DNA of 64,000 nucleotides from Macrostomum lignano (lineage: Eukaryota): NCBI GenBank assembly GCA_002269645.1, contig NIVC01001050.1, positions 245,683 to 309,682 of the forward strand. The letters run 5' to 3'. This document shows positions 45,527-57,348 of this stretch, one piece after another (position 1 is the stretch's first letter; the number at the start of each line of letters is the position of its first letter). The notes beneath the pieces were generated by a model. That model was given only the letters and a program-made list of their open reading frames with translations. It was not told where the DNA came from and made no database searches. The position numbers were made by a program, and so were the translations under genes.

Positions 45527-46320
45527 TCCGTGAGGATTCTAAGAAACTTCTTCAATCTCAAACCGTGAGGATTCTAAGAAACTTCTTCAATCTCAAATCG
45601 TGAGGATTCTAAGAAACTTCTTCAATCCCTAACCGTGAGGATTCTTAGAAACTTCTTCAATCCCAAACCGTGAGGATTCTTAGAAACTTCTTCAATCCCA
45701 AACCGTGAGGATTCTTAGAAACTTCTTCAATCCCAAACCGTGAGGATTCTAAGAAACTTCTTCAATCCCAAACCGTGAGGATTCTAAGAAACTTCTTGAT
45801 CTCAAACCGTGAGGATTCTAAGAAACTTCTTGATCTCAAACCGTGAGGATTCTAAGAAACTTCTTCAATCCCTAACCGTGATGATTCTTAGAAACTTCTT
45901 CAATCCCAAACCGTGAGGATTCTTAGAAACTTCTTCAATCCCAAACCGTGAGGATTCTTAGAAACTTCTTCAATCCCAAACCGTGAGGATTCTAAGAAAC
46001 TTCTTCAATCCCAAACCGTGAGGATTCTAAGAAACTTCTTGATCTCAAACCGTGAGGATTCTAAGAAAATTCTTGATCTCAAACCGTGGGGATTCTAAGA
46101 AACTTCTTGATCTCAAACCGTGGGGATTCTAAGAAACTTCTTGATCTCAAACCGTGGGGATTCTAAGAAACTTCTTGATCTCAAACCGTGGGGATTCTAA
46201 GAAACTTCTTGATCTCAAACCGTGAGGATTCTAAGAAACTTCTTGATCTCAAACCGTGAGGATTCTAAGAAAATTCTTGATCTTAAAGGACTCAAACCAT
46301 GAGGATTCCAAGAAACTTCT
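45527..46320. repeat. 35-bp minisatellite (CCGTGAGGATTCTAAGAAACTTCTTCAATCTCAAA)
   Basis: Units at 45528, 45563, ... Confidence 0.97.
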
Positions 46321-46964
46321 TAATCCAATTGTGAGGACTTTGGAGAAGGCAAACTCCCAAGCAACCGCAAACTAAAGAGTTAATGCTTGAATACACAAAA
46401 TATTCGCATAAAATGGAAGCGTGTCAAAGCAAATTAGTGAAAAAAAGCTTGAAAACGTGCAGATTTTTACAGAAAATGTGCAGTGCAAACATGCTACTTA
46501 TAGTAGATTACGTGATTAATAAATATTTTACTAAATATGCAAAGCCATGCTGATAAAACATTATAGCAGGATAAAAAGGTCATAAAAAAGTCAGAGTATA
46601 AAACACGCATAAAAACTCCTTGCCTACTATCAGTAGTCATAGTGCTTAAAACTGCAAGCATGCAATTCTAGTTTAAAATGGCAGTCGAAATGATCCATCG
46701 GAAAAATCTTTTGCTGTAAGACTAGAATAGTAAAATAGAGTTTTGCATTAAGCAGATGGATTATTTTAGCGCTGCGAGCAACTGCTCAAAAAATAATGAA
46801 TTGGCGGAGAGTTAACTAAAATACAACTGACTTCATTAGAATTTAAACGGCGTAGGATGCCAATGCATAAAAAATAGCTCGTAGTACTTAAACACTGGGA
46901 TTTTGAAATGGAATATGAAATGTCGTTATACCAAAAATAGACGCGCAAAGGTGCAGCAGAAGGC

Positions 46965-48058
46965 CTAAGATCCTCATCCCTTGAATTACCCTAGATCCCA
47001 AGAAATACCTGAGATCCTGATGACCTGATTCTTGAGCCCTAAACTACCTTGAGATCTTTATTCCTGATCCCTAAACTACCTGAGATCCCGATTCCTGATC
47101 CCTAAACCACCTGAGATCCCAATTTCTGATCCCTAAACTACCTGATATTCCGATTCATGATCCAGAAAATATCTAGATTGCGATTCATGATCCCTTGAAA
47201 TACCTGAGATCCCGATTCCTGATGCAGTTAATACCTAAGATCCCGATTCCTGAGCCCTAAACCACCTGAGATCCCAATTTCTGATCCCTAAACTACCTGA
47301 TATTCCGATTCATGATCCAGAAAATACCTAGATTGCGATTCATGATACGTTGAATTACCTTAGATCCCGATTCCTAATCCCTTGAAATACCCGAGATCCC
47401 GATTCCTGAGCCCTTGAATTACCTTAGATCCCGATTCCTAATCCCTTGAAATACCCGAGATCCCGATTCCTGAGCCCTTGAATTACCTTAGATCCCGATT
47501 CCTAATCCCTTGAAATACCCGAGATCCCGATTCCTGAGCCCTTGAATTACCTTAGATCCCGATTCCTAATCCCTTGAAATACCTGAGATCCCGATTCATG
47601 ATACGTTGAATTACCTTAGATCCCGATTCCTAATCCCTTGAAATACCCGAGATCCCGATTCCTGAGCCCTTGAATTACCTTAGATCCCGATTCCTAATCC
47701 CTTGAAATACCTGAGATCCCGATTCTTGATCCCTTGAAATACCTGAGATCCCGATTTCTGATCCCTAAACCACCTGAGATCCCAATTTCTGATCCCTAAA
47801 CTACCTGATATTCCGATTCATGATCCAGAAAATACCTAGATTGCGATTCATGATCCCTTGAATTACCTGAAATCCCGATTCATGATCCTTTGAATTACCT
47901 TAGATCCCGATTCCTAATCCCTTGAAATACCTGAGATCCCGATTCCTAATCCCTTGAATTACCTTAGATCCCGATTCATGATCCCTTGAATTACCTTAGA
48001 TCCCGATTCATGATCCCTTGAATTACCTGAGATCCCGATTCCTGATCCAAATTCCCGA
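46965..48058. repeat. ~32-bp minisatellite (GATCCCGATTCCTGATCCCTTGAAATACCTGA) abutting the Fos stop codon
   Basis: Degenerate tandem copies visible. Confidence 0.93.
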
Positions 48059-51000
48059 TCAGAGGTGCAAGAAAGTCTCCTGCTTGAGCGCAAACAGGGG
48101 AGCTAGATCTGGCGGAAGCTGTTGCTGCTGCCGATCCCCATCAGCTGACTGAGGCTGGGACTGCGCGCAGTTAATTTGTCCTGCAGATGAGGCAAAACTC
48201 AAGCTGGGCAAAGAGGACACAATCGAATGCAATGGAGGCAGCAGAGTAGTCTGTTGAGGATGCTGCTGCTGCGAAGAAGTTGAAGGATTATTCAGTACAA
48301 CAGTGAAGGATTCGGGTTCGATTCCCGATTTATTGGGATCAAAGTCGGCAGCGGCGGCGGGGGTGGCGGCGGCCTGTGTCGGTTTGTTGAACGATTTTCC
48401 GACGGCTGCAGATGAAGCAGGATGCAGCGCCGCGCCCTCATCGATGGGATCGTTGTCTAAGTCACCCGGACTGTTGCTGCGAAGCGATGGAGGAGTTGGC
48501 GTTTGCTGGTGCTGCTGCTGGGACTGCCGGCTCAGCTCAAGCGATATGGGAGGCAGAGCTGGGATCACCAGATTAGCTGCAGCCTCCGGGCACTCCAGCT
48601 GATGAGCCTGAAGGTAAGGAGTAGGGAAGATGCAAGTACAATTTCTGAATCCCAATCCAGAATCCCAAAATCCGAATCCGGAATCCCAACATTTGAATCC
48701 AGAATCCCAACATCCCAACCCAGAATCCGAACATTCGAATCCAGAATCCCAACATCCCAATCTAGAATCCCAACATCCCAATCCAGAATCCCGATTCCCA
48801 ACATTCCAATCCAGAATCCCGATTCCCAACATCCCAATCCAGAATCCCGATTCCCAACATCCCACTCCAGAATCCCAACATCCCAATCCAGAATCCCGAT
48901 TCCCAACATCCCACTCCAGAATCCCAACATCCCAATCCAGAATCCCGATTCCCAACATCCCACTCCAGAATCCCAACATCCCAATCCAGAATTCCAACAT
49001 CCCAATCCAGAATCCCAACATCCCAATCCAGAATTCCAACATCCCAATCCAGAATCCCAACATCCCAATCCAGAATCCCAACATCCCAATCCAGAATCCC
49101 AACATCCCAATCCAGAATCCCAACATCCCAATCCAGAATCCCAACATCCCAATACAGAATCCCAATCTAAATACCAGAATCCCAATCCAAATACCAGAAT
49201 CCCAATCCAAATACCAGAATCCCAATCCAAATACCAGAATCCCAATCCAAATACCAGAATCCCAATCCAAATACCAGAATCCCAATCCAAATACCAGAAT
49301 CCCAATCCAAATACCAGAATCCCAATCCAAATACCAGAATCCCAATCCAAATACCAGAAACCCAATCCAAATACCAGAATCCCGAATTCCCAATACAGAA
49401 TCCCAATCCAAATACCAGAATCCTAACATCCCAATACAGAATCCCAACATCTCAGCATCCCAATACAGAATCCCAACATCTCAGCATCCCAACACAGAAT
49501 CCCAACATCTCAGCATCCCAACACAGAATCCCAACATCTCAGCATCCCAACATCCCAATACAGAATCCTAACATCCCAATACAGAATCCCAACATCTCAG
49601 CATCCCAACATCTCAGCATCCCAACATCTCAGCATCCCAACATCTCAGCATCCCAACATCTCAGCATCCCAACATCTCAGCATCCCCACACAGAATCCCA
49701 ACATCTCAGCATCCCAACATCCCAATACAGAATCCTAACATCCCAATACAGAATCCCAACATCTCAGCATCCCAACATCCCAATACAGAATCCTAACATC
49801 CCAATACAGAATCCCAACATCTCAGCATCCCAACATCCCAATACAGAATCCTAACATCCCAATACAGAATCCTAACATCCCAATACAGAATCCTAACATC
49901 CCAATACAGAATTCCAACATCTCAGCATCCCAACATCCCAATACAGAATCCTAACATCCCAATACAGAATCCCAACATCTCAGCATCCCAACACAGGATC
50001 CCAACATCTCAGCATCCCAACACAGAATCCCAACATCTCAGCATCCCAACATCCCAATACAGAATCCTAACATCCCAATACAGAATCCTAACATCCCAAT
50101 ACAGAATCCCAACATCTCAGCATCCCAACATCCCAATACAGAATTCCAGCGTCCCAATCCAAAAAAATAATTTAGATATTTTTCAGTCTAACATTTGAAA
50201 CGTCAAAAGAATAAATGCAAGCACACAGCACGACCGAGCCTCCTCACCTGCAGCAGGCACATCAGCTGAGACTTTCTGTTCAAAAGCTCGGCAATCTCAG
50301 CCTCCAGCTCGCTGTTATCATTCTCTAGCCCGCTGGCTTCATCAGTGAGGCATTCGATTTGGTCCTGTCGCTTCTTGCGGCACTTGGCCGCGGCGACTCG
50401 GTTCCTCTCGCGTCGTTTGGCCCGGCGCACTGATTCTTCGCTGTTCACCTGCGAGTGCGCGGATCGACGGATTTGGGGATTACAGGAAATTTTTATGAGG
50501 GAATTAGGGATTGGGGAAATCAAGGATAGGGATTTGGAATTTCTAGGGGAAATCAAGGATGGGGATTTGCACTTCTAGGGGAAATCAAGGATGGGGATTT
50601 GCACTTCTAGGGGAAATCAAGGATGGGGATTTGAATTTCGATTTCTAGGGGAAATCAAGGAGGGGTTTGGGGTGTAAATTCTATGGGAAATCAATGATGG
50701 AGGTTTGTGATGTGAATTCTAGAGGAAATCAAGGATGGAGATTTGGAATTTGAAGCTAGGGTGGATAAGGATGAGGATTTAGGATTTGAAGCCATGGGGG
50801 GATCAAGGATGGGGAATTGAAGCTAGGGGAGAATTAAGACTGGGATTTGAATTTGAATCTATGGGGAAATCAAGGATGGGGGTTTGGGATTTGAATCCAT
50901 GGGACAATCAAGGATAGGGATTTGGGATTTTGAACACATGGGAGATCAAGGATGGGGATTTGGGATTTGAATCCATAGGGAAATCAAGGATGAGGATTTG

Positions 51001-52194
51001 GGATTTGAATCCATAGGGAAATCAAGGATGGGGATTTGGGATTTTGAACACATGGGAGATCAAGGATGGGGATTTGGGATTTGAATCCATAGGGAAATCA
51101 AGGATGAGGATTTGGGATTTGAATCCATAGGGAAATCAAGGATGAGGATTTGGGATTTGAATCCATAGGGAAATCAAGGATGAGGATTTGGGATTTGAAT
51201 CCATAGGGAAATCAAGGATGAGGATTTGGGATTTGAATCCATAGGGAAATCAAGGATGAGGATTTGGGATTTGAATCCATAGGGAAATCAAGGATGGGAA
51301 TTTGGGATTTGAATCCATAGGGAAATCAAGGATGAGGATTTGGGATTTGAATCCATAGGGAAATCAAGGATGAGGATTTGGGATTTGAATCCATAGGGAA
51401 ATCAAGGATGAGGACTTGGGATTTGAATCCATAGGGAAATCAAGGATGAGGATTTGGGATTTGAATCCATAGGGAAATCAAGGATGGGAATTTGGGATTT
51501 GAATCCATAGGGAAATCAAGGATGGGGATTTGGGATTTGAATCCATGGGACAATCAAGGATAGGGATTTGGGATTTGAATCCATAGGGAAATCAAGGATG
51601 GGGATTTGGGATTTGAATCCATAGGGAAATCAAGGATGGGGATTTGGGATTTGAAGCTACGGGGAAGTCAATGATGGGGAATTGAAGCTGGGGGAAATAA
51701 ATGATGGGGATTTAGGATTTAAAGCTAGGGGGACATCAAGGACAGGGACTTGAAGCAAGGGGAAAGAATCAACAACACATCTCATATCGCAACGAACCTT
51801 TTCCGACTTAAGACATCGCCTGCCAGTCGAAATAGTAGGCACAGTTTTTTTCTTAGAATTAGAATTAGTTGACCCAGGCGCGCCGCCAGGACCAGAAGAC
51901 AATGGATCATCTGATTCGGAATTGACGCCGCTGTTATCAATTGATGCAGAGGCTGCAACAAATGCACTGGCTGATTTTGCTGCAGACTTGCCCATACTAG
52001 CAGCTGTTGCTGCTGTTCTATTATTAGCTGTAGAAACAACAGCATGGGTTATAGTCGGAGTTTGAGTAGGCTGAGGAACTATAGACGCTGAGATCATCAT
52101 CGGAGGAGGCTGGGGAGTGTTCGGTTTACCTATGACTGTAGAATCTTGAGAGCAAGCTTCTAATTTTGCTTGAAGCAGACTTTGCTGTTGCTGT

Positions 52195-52225
<31 letters not shown>

Positions 52226-53156
52226 GCGGAAGCGGCACCGGAGCTTGAGTATGAGCAGCCGTGATCACATGAGTCTGACCCTGAGGCAAAGGCAGCGGAG
52301 CCTGCTGCAGAGGCGGCGGCGGCGGCGCCTGATGAAGCACCTGAGGAGTCTGTGCAGAATCAATTAATTGAGCCAGCAACTGCGGCTGCTGACTAAGCAG
52401 ATGAAGCTGATCCCCACGTATCATGTAGGTCTGACCGTTGCTACCCGTCACCAGCTGGTACGGCACCGGGCCGCTGTGAACGTTTCCCAGAAATTCGGTC
52501 ACGTTGCCACTAGAAGAATCTTGTTTGAACGAAGCTAGCTGAATATGATGTTGCTGCTGCTGCTGCTGTTGATGATGAGGATTGTGATGCTGGGACTGAG
52601 GAGGCTGGATTAGATGCTGATAATGCTGCTGATGATGCTGAGTCATGGTGCCCTGCGGCAGGGTGCAATATGACACCATAGGCGCCGCGGTTAAAGCAGT
52701 TTGAAAACCTGCCTCTGCAGGTAGCGCAGCAGGCATCTGCGGCATCGACTGGACAGCTGACAGTTGAATGACACTTCCAGATGGGTGGGAGCCGGTGACA
52801 ACCACACTGGTGCCGCCGCTGCTGCCCGGGACTGCAACGGCTGAGGACGTACTGCCGTTGGCTGAGTACATTGGCTGAGGGGTAGTGGCAATGATTTTAA
52901 GGGGTAGTTGAGTCAGACAGATACTAAGGCAGATACCAAGACAGACAGACAGACAGACAGACAGATGACAGACAGACGGACAGACAGACAGACAGATGAC
53001 AGACAGACAGACAGACAGACAGACAGATGACAGACAGACGGACAGACAGACAGACAGATGACAGACAGACAGACAGACAGACAGACACTAAGACCGACAC
53101 AGACAGACAGACACTAAGACCGACACAGACAGACAGACACTAAGACCGACACAGAA

Positions 53157-53191
<35 letters not shown>

Positions 53192-53253
53192 TGACAGACA
53201 GACAGACAGACAGACACTAAGACCGACACAGACAGACAGACACTAAGACCGAC

Positions 53254-53292
<39 letters not shown>

Positions 53293-53296
53293 CATA

Positions 53297-53376
<80 letters not shown>

Positions 53377-53556
53377 GAGACAGACAGACAGACACATGAC
53401 AGACACAATACTCTAGATTTCACAAGCATGCGTCATGACGCATTTGAAACCACGGATGCCATGCCATAGTCGTAGAATTGCATAGTCGTAGAATTAAAGA
53501 ATTGGTAAGATTCAATCATAAAATGTACTTACGACATGGTGAACCATGGCAGACAT
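48059..53556 (-). CDS. FOS: Fos-family bZIP transcription factor with Q/P-rich N-terminus. Exons 53556-53533 (MSAMVHHV), 52874-51798, 50448-50248, 48607-48059
   Basis: TGRR..KSEK|[28 protein letters not shown], an intact five-leucine zipper and LLQ|AHQLEC (compare Fos LxAHxPxC). All junctions are phase-0 GT-AG; the first micro-exon ends in GTAAGT. Confidence 0.88.
48645..50155. repeat. Composite ATCCC-rich array (21-, 20- and 16-bp units), Fos intron 3
   Basis: AATCCCAACATCCCAATCCAG, then AATCCCAATCCAAATACCAG, then CATCCCAACATCTCAG. Confidence 0.96.
50500..51760. repeat. 38-bp GGGAT-rich minisatellite (GGGAAATCAAGGATGAGGATTTGGGATTTGAATCCATA), Fos intron 2
   Basis: Period of 38 (e.g. 51123 and 51161) with degenerate edges. 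Confidence 0.96.
52935..53404. repeat. (CAGA)n microsatellite, Fos intron 1
   Basis: Directly visible. Confidence 0.99.
53428..53443. promoter_or_regulatory. Perfect 16-bp palindrome ATGCGTCATGACGCAT (two CRE/ATF half-sites) in Fos intron 1
   Basis: The palindrome is seen directly; its function is inferred. Confidence 0.35.
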
Positions 53557-55486
53557 TTCAAAATCTTCTTTATCTTTTTAGCACTTCGTTGAATCGGCAC
53601 ACGCAGTATAGGCCTAGTACTAAACTATAATAAAATTAAACTAACAATAAAAATGCAATAAAATAATTAGGCTAAATTGATTAAGCACCAATGACAATCT
53701 ACAGATGAGAGATGACCGCGTTTTGTTAATAAAAAATCATGAACCGGAAAATGCAGTTCTCAGTTCTCTGGCTGCTGTCTGCTGCTACAACAAATGCATG
53801 GCCGTGAATGAATAAATTCGTAAAGTCCAAACAGTGCAAGCTTGCGCAGGCTTCAACAAGCGTGCAAGTAAGTAAAGAGAAATTAGAGAAAAAACTGAAA
53901 AAAAGCACGTGATGGCGTGCGTGCGGGGTGAGGCCTGAACTGTGTTCGGTCTAAATTGAGGTCTTCTCGGGTTTTGGACAGCCCCAGTTCTAAAATAAAG
54001 TCGTTTACCGGCCCCACCCCAACCAGACACAGCGCGTGGGGGGGGGGGGTTCAAGCGGGGGGTCTTTCGTTTTGGGGAGTGGAGGTTGGCAGTGTACATT
54101 GGAGGCCTCTTTCTTTCTTACTGGGGGCTTGTAGACTAATGTACATTAACGAGTGGGAGGCTATGTGTACATAAAGGTCTGAACCGGCCTTGTTTTCAGA
54201 GCGCTCGTAAATAAAAATGAAATGGGGAAGACCTTCATTTTATGCCTCTGCCGCTCTTGGATCGATAATAAAATTCAGCTCCACCTCACTGTTTCTTCCC
54301 CTCCAAACCCCCAACCCCTCTCGCTCCTCAACCCAGCACCCTCAGTCTTCATCTGTCTTTCTATTAAACAAGCGGGCGCAACCCCAGACAGGGGTGCCTT
54401 CTTTTTGTGGGGGTTTGAGGAAAACGAATCCAGTCCTAACGTGGGAGGGATTAGTGATGAATGGGGTCTTTGTCCACGTGGCTTAAGCCTCTACTCTGAA
54501 ATGCTCAATAATGAAGCGATTTCACTGTTCGTAGTCAGTCTAGTCCTGATTACTGAATGTAATAATATGGACTTTATATAGTTTAGTTATCGTATATACG
54601 TTATGCATTGTGCCATTGTATAATTGGTTATATTATAAAGGAGCCTGTGACTAAAGCCCTGCTAGGTTCTAAACCAAATGTCACTTGCTGTCTTGCTTAT
54701 TTCCACCGTATTATACCGCAAACAAATGTTTGTTTAAAACAAGAGCATGATCTACATGTGTGCAGCTAGTTGGAATGTAGCCTAAAGTGGCACTCTCGAC
54801 GTAAAAATACAATCCTGATTCAAGCTATATTATAGTTATATATAGTGATGTCGCCAATGCCTTTATTTAGGCCGGCTGGAAATGTTACGAAATAAAGCAG
54901 ATAAGAGCCTTCGTTGTAAGAGGTGCACAGTATTATGATTGATAAATGATGCGATAAACAAAATGGTCCCGCACCATGCATTGAACTATAGATATGACCG
55001 TCACTGAAATAAAATTGACCCAGGCAATAAAACTGTACGTGTACATTATACTCGTACATGCACAGTGCGTATCGCATTTGTATTGTAAACAACGTATGCA
55101 CTATTAAAATAATTTAAGGGATATGTTTGAAAAAAGCAAACCAACTAAAGATAACGCAATTAATTACGCTTGTAATTGTAATGCGCCTAGCAACAAACCT
55201 AGCAACTTACAATTAACTAGAATTTTTGAGACAATGGAGACAAACAGTGCAGATCGAACTCTGCAAAGTAAAGTCACTTCTAGTACAGCAGCTTCAAAAT
55301 AGTACTATACTCAACAGAAAAAATGTCCTAGAAATTTCCAATCCAGAATTAAAGTGCACACCATGTCACACTTTAGATTTCAGTAAACCATAAACTGGCC
55401 GTTTCTCGGTATAGTTGTTGACTTGTTAGAACTTGTAATACATGTAGTGCTTTAATTTCAAAGTAAAAAAAAACATGACTGCAGAG

Positions 55487-55769
55487 CAGGGACGTCGCCA
55501 TGGATTTTATGTTAGGGGAACAAAGCCAAGAATTGTACACATAACTAAACTAAATTCCTACATGTACATTATTTTCAGATTCGGTGTTGTTAGCGCTCAT
55601 TTTGGCGCTGCATCCCCTGCATGCGCTATATTTTGTCGCCCTAAAGCATAATTATTGATTTCCATAACAGGTCACAAGCTGGGTGGGGGGGGGGACAAAG
55701 CATTGGCATGTCCCCCATAGCTTTTAGCTACTAGGGAACATGTCCCCCCGGCTGGTGGCGACGCCCCTG
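55487..55769 (+). mobile_element. Complete 283-bp hAT-like MITE
   Basis: TIRs CAGGGACGTCGCCA / TGGCGACGCCCCTG (13/14). Perfect 8-bp TSD CTGCAGAG at 55479-55486 and 55770-55777. Confidence 0.92.
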
Positions 55770-57348
55770 CTGCAGAGGATAAAATAATTTAATTAATGAC
55801 TTAGACACAATGGAAATTCTAAGCAAAATTCATCGAAGACATCAAACAAGGCAGAACGCAACTGCGTCTCATAGTTGTTGGTACCAAAAAAATTACTCGA
55901 ACCAATTCCTCAAATACGAGTATCAATTAGTTTGTCTTAAAAAATATTATCAAAAAATCAGCACCATCTCATCGCATTTATGAATAGTTAATAAAAATTA
56001 TTGATATAGTATATGTATAAGCAGATGCTATGCATTTACTTAACGGCAGACTATTGAAAAATTGATTATAAGCATATATGTAATATGTTAATGTAGAGAG
56101 GCTAGCTATAGCCAAGTTTTAACGCCCAAAAAGTATTGTTAGACTGAGACTGGCGGAAACATTTTGAATAAATAAAACAAATAAATCTGCTTCAAATACA
56201 TTATTCGACAAATATAAGCTAAAGACAGATGAAAACGACAGATTTAGAGTCGAAAATATTTATAAAAAGTTGTTTTTGTAAAATAATTCGGAGTACGCTC
56301 GTAAGACTTGAAAAACACTGCAGTAAAGGAATAATTCCATTAAATCAAAAGTTACTAAAAATTCTTAAAGGCGCTTGTTTTGATTATTTTTAGCAAAGTG
56401 CAGGTATACTTTCTATAATAAAATAACTAACTTGTTGAAAGATTTTTTGTATATAATTTTTTTCTGTCAAATTCTGCTAACCTAAACTTTATTCTTGCAG
56501 TTAGAGAGCAGAAAATTGGGTAAAATCTGAGCACAAACTTATAGTCTTTGGTAATATATGCTCCCTCTAATAGCTTTGGTAATCGCCGATTAGAAATATG
56601 TTACTAAGCAAAGACTTCTACAACTTCCACAAACGCTTTAATTGAAGCTCTGAGTACAGGCCTAAAAATGGTCTTAGGCAGTTGCCCCTAGCCTAGTTTC
56701 GTAAAATCTGTCAGGGTAAGCCTTGCTTACCATAGCCGCGACTAGAACGGTCTGTGGTCAACCATAGACTTTTGGTGCTCCCCTAGATGTGCAGGAGATG
56801 TTGTATAAAGTTTCAATTTAAAAAAGTGGAGGATTAAAGTATTTTTTCAATGACTCAAGTAGAGACAAAATGGAAATTCTAAGCAAAATTCATCAGACAT
56901 GTCGCAAGCCAGAATGCAACTGCCATGAGCTCGAGCCGATTCTCAAATAATCTGTCTTTATTTTAACCCAATTGTTACGTCGGAAAAATGATTCACGGGC
57001 TTTTTATACTTTTATTTCTCTATTTTAATTAGTAATCGGTCTCGAATAATATTATAAAATATAAAACAGCACCTTCTTATTACGAAGTAATAAGAATAAT
57101 AATAATTACAAAGGTGAATGCGTTTACGCAATTTTTAATGGAATTAAAGAATTATAAGAATTGATTAATAAAATTTAGTTCATCCTACTTGCATAAGTTA
57201 AAAAATATGTCGAAGAGCTTATTTTTTATGCATTTCTACAATACACAGTGAACTGTTAATCATGTACACTAGCCATCGACAACCAATACTTCGACTGGAA
57301 TGTTTTGGTGTAGCTTACATGTAAATCGTCCGACAATAACCAACCGAA

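Noticed and set aside
52185-52222. Poly-glutamine tract in Fos
   Set aside because: Ordinary for transcription-factor activation domains.
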